This document shows, one piece after another, positions 58,787 to 64,000 of a stretch of DNA of 64,000 bases. How positions within the stretch are numbered: position 1 is the first letter of the stretch; each line of letters begins with the position of its first letter. The notes beneath the pieces were generated by a model that searched no databases, had not been told where the DNA came from, and saw nothing but the letters and a program-made list of their open reading frames with translations. The DNA is from an uncultured candidate division Zixibacteria bacterium. GTDB taxonomy: Bacteria; Zixibacteria; MSB-5A5; GN15; FEB-12. The stretch covers positions 2,944,001 to 3,008,000 of the forward strand of contig OY760907.1 in the NCBI GenBank assembly GCA_963664195.1, given 5' to 3'. The translations under genes and the position numbers were made by a program.

Positions 58787-58853
58787 CTGGGAAGTGGGCT
58801 ATCTGGATAATCCCTCCCCCCCCGATCTGGGTAGCCCCGCCCAGCACTTTTTT
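58787..58853 (+). terminator. Long hairpin with C-rich loop and U-tract
   Basis: gggctatctgga/tctgggtagccc plus ctggg/cccag stems, then T6. Confidence 0.65.
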
Positions 58854-59062
58854 CCCTGAGAAAAGCAGACTGAACTTCCTGGACATATGACCGATGATAA
58901 CGGTATAAAGCCGTGAACGTCCGTCAAGTCTGTTGATGGAGTCGTTGGATCCGGTTTCTACCCGGGGGCAGCCGAGATGATCCAGGAACCACGAAGACAA
59001 TCTGCGAGAGCACACATTATTACGGCGCAAGCGTCGCGCTATCAAAAGGGAGTGTTGCAACA

Positions 59063-59473
59063 ATGGCTAGTTGGAGCATGGAATATACCATTGATGTAGA
59101 TGAAGACAACTCTGTCGTCTTTGTCAAAATATACGGGCAGTGGACCGCCGAGACGGCTGAAAACTACCACCGGGATTTCCGGGAAGAACTGGAACCGCTG
59201 CTGGGACGCCCGTGGGCCAAGATGGTTGACCTCACCAATTGGAAGACCTCGAGGGATGAAGTCACGGGTGTCATCGGCAAGCATATGGCCTGGTCACAGA
59301 GCAACGATATCAGCCTGTCGCTCTATGTCATAAACAATACGAGTACTTTCAGACAACTTAACGAGATGTTTGCCAGGGGCAAGACCAAGAACGTATCCCA
59401 TACATTCCGTACTCAAGAAGAGGCTGACAAGTTTCTAAAGGAGCACTGGATGGGGAAGCAGCAGACGATCTAA
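59063..59473 (+). CDS. STAS/SEC14 (SpoIIAA-like) small protein
   Basis: V.IYGQWT.E.A, W..MVDL.NW, F.T.EEA..FL pattern. Confidence 0.6.
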   Translation: MASWSMEYTIDVDEDNSVVFVKIYGQWTAETAENYHRDFREELEPLLGRPWAKMVDLTNWKTSRDEVTGVIGKHMAWSQSNDISLSLYVINNTSTFRQLNEMFARGKTKNVSHTFRTQEEADKFLKEHWMGKQQTI

Positions 59474-59496
59474 GTTTTGGGCTGTAAACAAATAGT

Positions 59497-59530
59497 AAAC
59501 GGAGCTACCGCAACCGGTAACTCCGTTTTT
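59497..59530. terminator. Bidirectional terminator between convergent genes
   Basis: aaacggag-ctaccg..cggtaa-ctccgttttt. Confidence 0.75.
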
Positions 59531-59555
59531 CGATTTCAGCCGTCAGTCGTCCGTA

Positions 59556-61574
59556 CTACTTCAGATATTTATCAAACCAGTTCTTGATCCAGTTGAGTCT
59601 CGCGATGCGGCGATCCGGTCGCCCATGGCGGGACAAACCGTGAGGCTCTTCGGGGAACCTGACCATCTCGACTTTCTTGCCGAGCACTTTCAGTTTGACG
59701 AACATCTGTTCAGCCTGTTCGATATTGCAGCGCAGATCCTGCTCGGAGTGAACGATCAAAACGGGCGTTTTGACGTGCTTGAAATAGGTGATGGGGGAAC
59801 ACTTGACGAAGTTTTCGAGATTCGTCCACGGCCATCCGTCGAACTCCCGGCTCAACTCGTAGCCGCAGTCGGAGGACCCGACAAACGACACGAGATCAAC
59901 TACTGATCGTTGAGTCACCGCTGCCTTGAACCTGTCGGTGTGTCCGATAATCCAGTTGGTCATGTAGCCGCCGTAGGATCCGCCGGTTACGCCGATTCTC
60001 CTGGCATCGACGAACTTCTGCTTTTCCAGCCAATCGGCTGCGGCCATGCAATCCTTGTAGTCCAGATCGCCCCAGCCGCCGGCGATGGCCTCCGCCCAGG
60101 TTTCGCCGCGTCCCGATCCGCCGCGAGGATTGGTGTAGAGCACCACGTACCCTTTGGCCGCGAGGTATTGCATTTCATGGAAGAAGGTGAACGCGTACTG
60201 TGTGCGCGGGCCGCCGTGGATTTCGAGAATGGCCGGGTACTTTTTGCCTGGTTTGAAACCGGGCGGTGTCAACAGCCAGCCCTGGACCTCGGTGCCATCG
60301 AATGATTTGATCCAGACCTCTTTCGTTTTGCCGAGGGCGACATCCTTAGTGAGGAACGGGTTGAGATTGGTGTGGACGGTTGCCTTCTTTTCACCTTCCC
60401 ACTTCGTCGGACAGGTTACGATTTCTCCCGGGTTGTTAAGGTCGGCAAGGACGAGAGCCGCTGTGCGGCAGGCGCCGTTTACCGAGAAGCCCTTGACGTG
60501 CACCTTGCCGTTGAACAGACCCGTCGGTTTGCCGCCACCGGCGGGGATAGAGTAAAAGTTGGTTACTCCGGTATCGGAGGAGACAAAAAACAGCCGTTTG
60601 CCGTCGCCGGACCAGAGCACCGTGCCGCCGCCGTGAACATCTCCGGTATCGCCAATGGATTGGTCAAACGCCATTCGATCAAACTTCGGCATCAGGTCTT
60701 TGGCCTCCGGATTTCCGTTCACTCCGACCGACCAGATGTGCATGTTCGTCACTCCCCAGGCATCGCGTGGGTTGTCATGACCGAGATACGCGATCTTCTT
60801 ACCGTCGGGGGAGAATCTCGGAGAGAAGATTGGCCCCGCCGGAGTATTGATCTTCTTTTCCCTGCCGTCCTTCAACGGAACGACGAAGAGGTCATGGTAG
60901 AGCGAATCCAGATCCTCGTTTCTGGCCCGGTTGGAAACGTACACGACGCTGTTGCCGTCTGGTGAGACATGCGGCATTTCGTTGTCGCGTTTGCCAGTGG
61001 TTATTTGCCGCAGGTTCGCGGTATCGACATCCAGGGCGAAGACCTGCGTGCGGTGAGTCGGCAGATACCCGATGCCGTCGAGGCGGAAGAACAGGCGCGT
61101 GATGTGTCGACAGACCGGGGCTTCCTTCTTGCGCTTTTCATCTTCGATGAAGTGTGAGTCGGCGTATTGCAGGCCGAACACGAGTGACTTGTCATCCGGC
61201 GTCCATTGCAGGCTGGAGATGCCGCCTTCGATTTCGAGCAGCTTCCGTTCTGCGCCCCCGTTGGCGGGCATGAGATAGATGCCGGTTTTCTTATCACGGG
61301 TTGAGACAAACGCCATCTGGCTGCCATCAGTTGACCAGACCGGTTGACCGTCTACCTGATTGCCGTGTGTGAACTGAATTGACTTGCTGGTGGCCACGTC
61401 AAGCATGAAGATGTTGGTGTAGTACTTGCGCTCTTTTTCATCCATGCGTTCGACTGTGTAGGCGGCACGTTTTTCATCTGGAGAAATCGAGACACCGGTG
61501 GCGAGCCGCAGCCGGTACAAATCCTCGGCGGTGATAGCCGCTTTTTTGATCGTTTTGGTCTGTGGTTTCTTCAT
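59556..61574 (-). CDS. S9 family peptidase (acylaminoacyl/dipeptidyl peptidase)
   Basis: PD40 propeller, IHGGP, NPRGG.G.G, GGSYGG, D.RC, HG catalytic triad. Confidence 0.95.
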   Translation of the reverse strand: MKKPQTKTIKKAAITAEDLYRLRLATGVSISPDEKRAAYTVERMDEKERKYYTNIFMLDVATSKSIQFTHGNQVDGQPVWSTDGSQMAFVSTRDKKTGIYLMPANGGAERKLLEIEGGISSLQWTPDDKSLVFGLQYADSHFIEDEKRKKEAPVCRHITRLFFRLDGIGYLPTHRTQVFALDVDTANLRQITTGKRDNEMPHVSPDGNSVVYVSNRARNEDLDSLYHDLFVVPLKDGREKKINTPAGPIFSPRFSPDGKKIAYLGHDNPRDAWGVTNMHIWSVGVNGNPEAKDLMPKFDRMAFDQSIGDTGDVHGGGTVLWSGDGKRLFFVSSDTGVTNFYSIPAGGGKPTGLFNGKVHVKGFSVNGACRTAALVLADLNNPGEIVTCPTKWEGEKKATVHTNLNPFLTKDVALGKTKEVWIKSFDGTEVQGWLLTPPGFKPGKKYPAILEIHGGPRTQYAFTFFHEMQYLAAKGYVVLYTNPRGGSGRGETWAEAIAGGWGDLDYKDCMAAADWLEKQKFVDARRIGVTGGSYGGYMTNWIIGHTDRFKAAVTQRSVVDLVSFVGSSDCGYELSREFDGWPWTNLENFVKCSPITYFKHVKTPVLIVHSEQDLRCNIEQAEQMFVKLKVLGKKVEMVRFPEEPHGLSRHGRPDRRIARLNWIKNWFDKYLK

Positions 61575-61616
61575 AAGACAAGGAATCCTTCCTGATATCT
61601 GAAAGCGTCGTGCAAC

Positions 61617-61645
61617 ATTTTAACATATCCTCGCTCGGCTTGCAA
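61617..61645 (-). promoter_or_regulatory. Sigma70-type promoter for the S9 peptidase
   Basis: Minus strand TTGCAA-17-TAAAAT with TG extension. Confidence 0.6.
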
Positions 61646-61824
61646 GCCAAACCCTTGTCCGTGAAGGGATCCCGTGCGGAAAGCCGGGGCCGTTTTTTTA
61701 TGTTTGACGGCAACAATTATGGGAGCTTTTTGAATCAAGGGGTGTTATAGCCAATTGAAGAGGTCCATAATCAAACCTGGGAATGCCACATTTGCGCCCA
61801 TATACTCCTCAAGGAGGTTGAAAG

Positions 61825-64000
61825 TTGGAAGTCACTGCGCTTATTGACAAGGTACGGAACTACGACGGTAAACTGCCTCGGAAACTGAAGAATGACCAGC
61901 CGCTGGACGCTTATTCCGGCAAGACCCCGGCTGAATTGAGGAAGCTCCTCGAAACGATGCTCAAGGCGCGTCGTGTTGAACGCGAAGAAAAACTACTGTT
62001 GCGAAAAGGGTACAATCGGTTCTTCATCGGTTGCGGCGGCAAGGAACTGATCGATGTTGCCCTTGCCAGCTCGGTGCGGCCTACCGATCCGTTTGTCGGG
62101 TACTATCGCAACAAGGCCTTTGATTTGTATCGTGGCTCCACGCTCAGGACCAAGATGCTCGAAGCGATAGGCGACCCGAAATCCCCCAACGGCGGGCAGC
62201 AGATTCCGGCGCATCCGGGGTATCCTGAGTTCAACATCATTCCGCAGGCCTCGCCGACAGGTGGACATGCGCTTGAAGCAGCCGGTATCAGTGAGGCGAT
62301 TATTCATCCGACTCCTGTCTCGAAGCAGTCACACTACCCGGGAGGAGCTTTTCCGAAGGATGCGGTGACGGTCTGCGCGATTGGCGAGGGTTCCACTTCA
62401 GAGTCTGAGTTCGCGCGAGCTGTGTTCTATGCGTCGTTCTACAAAACCCCGGCGATTTTTGCGATCTACAACTGTGGCTGGGCGATTTCGGTGTCAGTCG
62501 AGGAGCAGTTCCCCGAGGGTGATCCGACCACGCCGTTTGAAGGATTTCAGCGGTTCGGCCTGAAGATCCTTCAGGTCGACGGGACCGATGTCAAAGACAG
62601 TCTCGCCAAATGTGCTGAGGCCGAGGAACACACTCGCTCCGGCAAGGGGCCGGTGTTGATGAATGTACGAGTGACCCGTGAGGGGTCGCACTCCGGTTCA
62701 GACGATCAGTCGTTCTATATGGACCCGGTCGAGCAGGACTGGCATACCTACAACGACTGTATCCTCAAGACCTCCAATGAATTCATCGAGGCCGGTATCG
62801 TCACGCCGAAAGAGTTCCAGAAGATGTGGGACGATATCGACGAGGCCATAACCGTTGAATCACAGCGGGCCGTCGCGGAGTTTGAGCCGAAAACCGCGGA
62901 ATTCATTGAGAGCTTTGTGTATAGCTACGATTTTGACGACTGCAAGAAGACATGGAAGAAATTCCGCGATGCCTGCAAGCATGACCGTGCGGCGAAGTAC
63001 AAGGAGTACCACGAAAAGGGTTACTTCACGACTCCGGAGCTTCCGGAAAACGCCGGTCCGATGACGATGCGGTTTGCGATCAACTACACATTGTTTGACC
63101 TGTTCATGTTGTCCGAGGACGTGTTGATGTTCGGTGAGGATGTTGCTGATTTCTCCGGGCACATGGCCACTGAATTCGAGAAGCAGGTCGGGTTGAAGGG
63201 TAAGGGTGGAGTGTTTCTTGTGTCGAAAAACCTTCAGCGTGAGTTTGGGAACGATCGCTGTTTCAACTCGCCGCTCGATGAAGCGGGTATTCTCGGGCGC
63301 GCTGCAGGGCACGCTTTGCAGGGACGTCGCCCGATCCCGGAAATCCAGTTCCTCGACTACATGTCACCGGGCTATCAGGTGTTGAAAGATCGTATCGCCA
63401 CGACTTACCAGCGTTCCGGCGGCAAGTACCGGATGCCGCTGACGATCCGCACGACCTACGGTGGATACAAGCAGGGCGCGGGTGCGTTCTGGCATTCCGA
63501 GGGCAATCTCGGAACCTGGATGAACATCCCAAGTCTGCTGATAGCGGTGCCGTCGAACGCCCGCGACGCTGCCGGTTTGCTCAAGACCGCCTGGGCTACG
63601 GATGACCCGGTGTTGTTCTGTGAATCGGTGGCACTGTACAACCGTCGCGACTGGGAAGGTGTCCCGATGGAAGCGGAACTTCCCGATATTGATGAGTTGA
63701 TCCCGTTCGGTGTGGCCAAGGTCTACGACGAGGAGCATACGGATATTGGCATTATTACCTACGGTGCCACTTTCCAGATGTGTCGTAAGGCATCGGAGAT
63801 TCTCAAAGAGAAGGGGATTCATGCGCGTATCGTGGATCTTCGCACAGTCAAGCCGATGGACGAAGAGTGTATCCTCCAGACGGCGAAGGACTGCGGTAAG
63901 GTGATGATTGTGACCGAGGATCGTTTTGCTGGCGGAGCCGGACCGACGATTGCGTCGGTGATCACGCGCGGGGAGGGGCTGTTCGATCTTGAGGCTCCGA
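61825..64000 (+). CDS. Fused alpha/beta 2-oxoacid dehydrogenase E1 (branched-chain/pyruvate type), 3'-truncated
   Basis: AAGGAGG SD then TTG; hand translation gives GEGSTSE..YNCGWAIS, HSGSDDQ, FGEDVA, GGVF, FNSPLDE.GI.G, EIQFLDY, WHSE; absent from the ORF track because it runs off the window. Confidence 0.88.
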   Translation, partial: MEVTALIDKVRNYDGKLPRKLKNDQPLDAYSGKTPAELRKLLETMLKARRVEREEKLLLRKGYNRFFIGCGGKELIDVALASSVRPTDPFVGYYRNKAFDLYRGSTLRTKMLEAIGDPKSPNGGQQIPAHPGYPEFNIIPQASPTGGHALEAAGISEAIIHPTPVSKQSHYPGGAFPKDAVTVCAIGEGSTSESEFARAVFYASFYKTPAIFAIYNCGWAISVSVEEQFPEGDPTTPFEGFQRFGLKILQVDGTDVKDSLAKCAEAEEHTRSGKGPVLMNVRVTREGSHSGSDDQSFYMDPVEQDWHTYNDCILKTSNEFIEAGIVTPKEFQKMWDDIDEAITVESQRAVAEFEPKTAEFIESFVYSYDFDDCKKTWKKFRDACKHDRAAKYKEYHEKGYFTTPELPENAGPMTMRFAINYTLFDLFMLSEDVLMFGEDVADFSGHMATEFEKQVGLKGKGGVFLVSKNLQREFGNDRCFNSPLDEAGILGRAAGHALQGRRPIPEIQFLDYMSPGYQVLKDRIATTYQRSGGKYRMPLTIRTTYGGYKQGAGAFWHSEGNLGTWMNIPSLLIAVPSNARDAAGLLKTAWATDDPVLFCESVALYNRRDWEGVPMEAELPDIDELIPFGVAKVYDEEHTDIGIITYGATFQMCRKASEILKEKGIHARIVDLRTVKPMDEECILQTAKDCGKVMIVTEDRFAGGAGPTIASVITRGEGLFDLEAP

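Noticed and set aside
58940..58980. GTTTCTACC suggesting a purine riboswitch
   Set aside because: Flanking P2/P3 loops (GATATGG, CCGTAAA) and the GACTA junction are missing
58853..59051. 6S RNA
   Set aside because: Length fits but the pairing I can see is branched and asymmetric rather than a rod with a central bubble; left as an unassigned candidate
61667..61699. Terminator-like hairpin with T-tract in a divergent intergenic region
   Set aside because: No upstream + strand gene or convincing promoter; too little support for an sRNA
1..64000. CRISPR array, rRNA, tRNA, integron or transposase
   Set aside because: No regularly spaced repeats, cloverleaf, attC-type cores or DDE/HUH/integrase ORF recognised by eye

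Overview
Gene-dense bacterial chromosomal segment of moderately high GC. A duplicated dockerin-like tail (GD.DG....MGDLT.LI..LFI) and FCB-type envelope genes suggest candidate division Zixibacteria (inference, no search run). Core content: dCMP deaminase, glnA, a LanFE/Bcr-type ABC pair, gatA..gatB, purN-purC-purH, smg-coaBC-udg-dnaB-mlaEF-radA-tgt, hbd-ackA, two cyclophilins, dxr-rseP-lepB, ccmA-ccmB-ccmE, an S9 peptidase and a truncated fused 2-oxoacid dehydrogenase E1. Most interesting: (1) a 14 kb co-oriented catabolic cluster joining an aldehyde dehydrogenase, an arginine synthetase (ArcE)-like P-loop enzyme and carbamate kinase to sucCD, korDABC, ndk, a LarA-family racemase, mdh and icd, several of them unusually Lys-rich; (2) a Cyc2-like monoheme porin next to a Calx-beta lipoprotein cytochrome with an atypical CX5CH motif; (3) a cobalamin riboswitch controlling a TonB receptor and a dockerin-tailed beta-propeller; (4) several families of REP/MITE-like intergenic hairpins and two candidate structured RNAs near 58.8-59.05 kb. 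No rRNA, tRNA, CRISPR array or transposase was recognised. All calls are from motif reading only.
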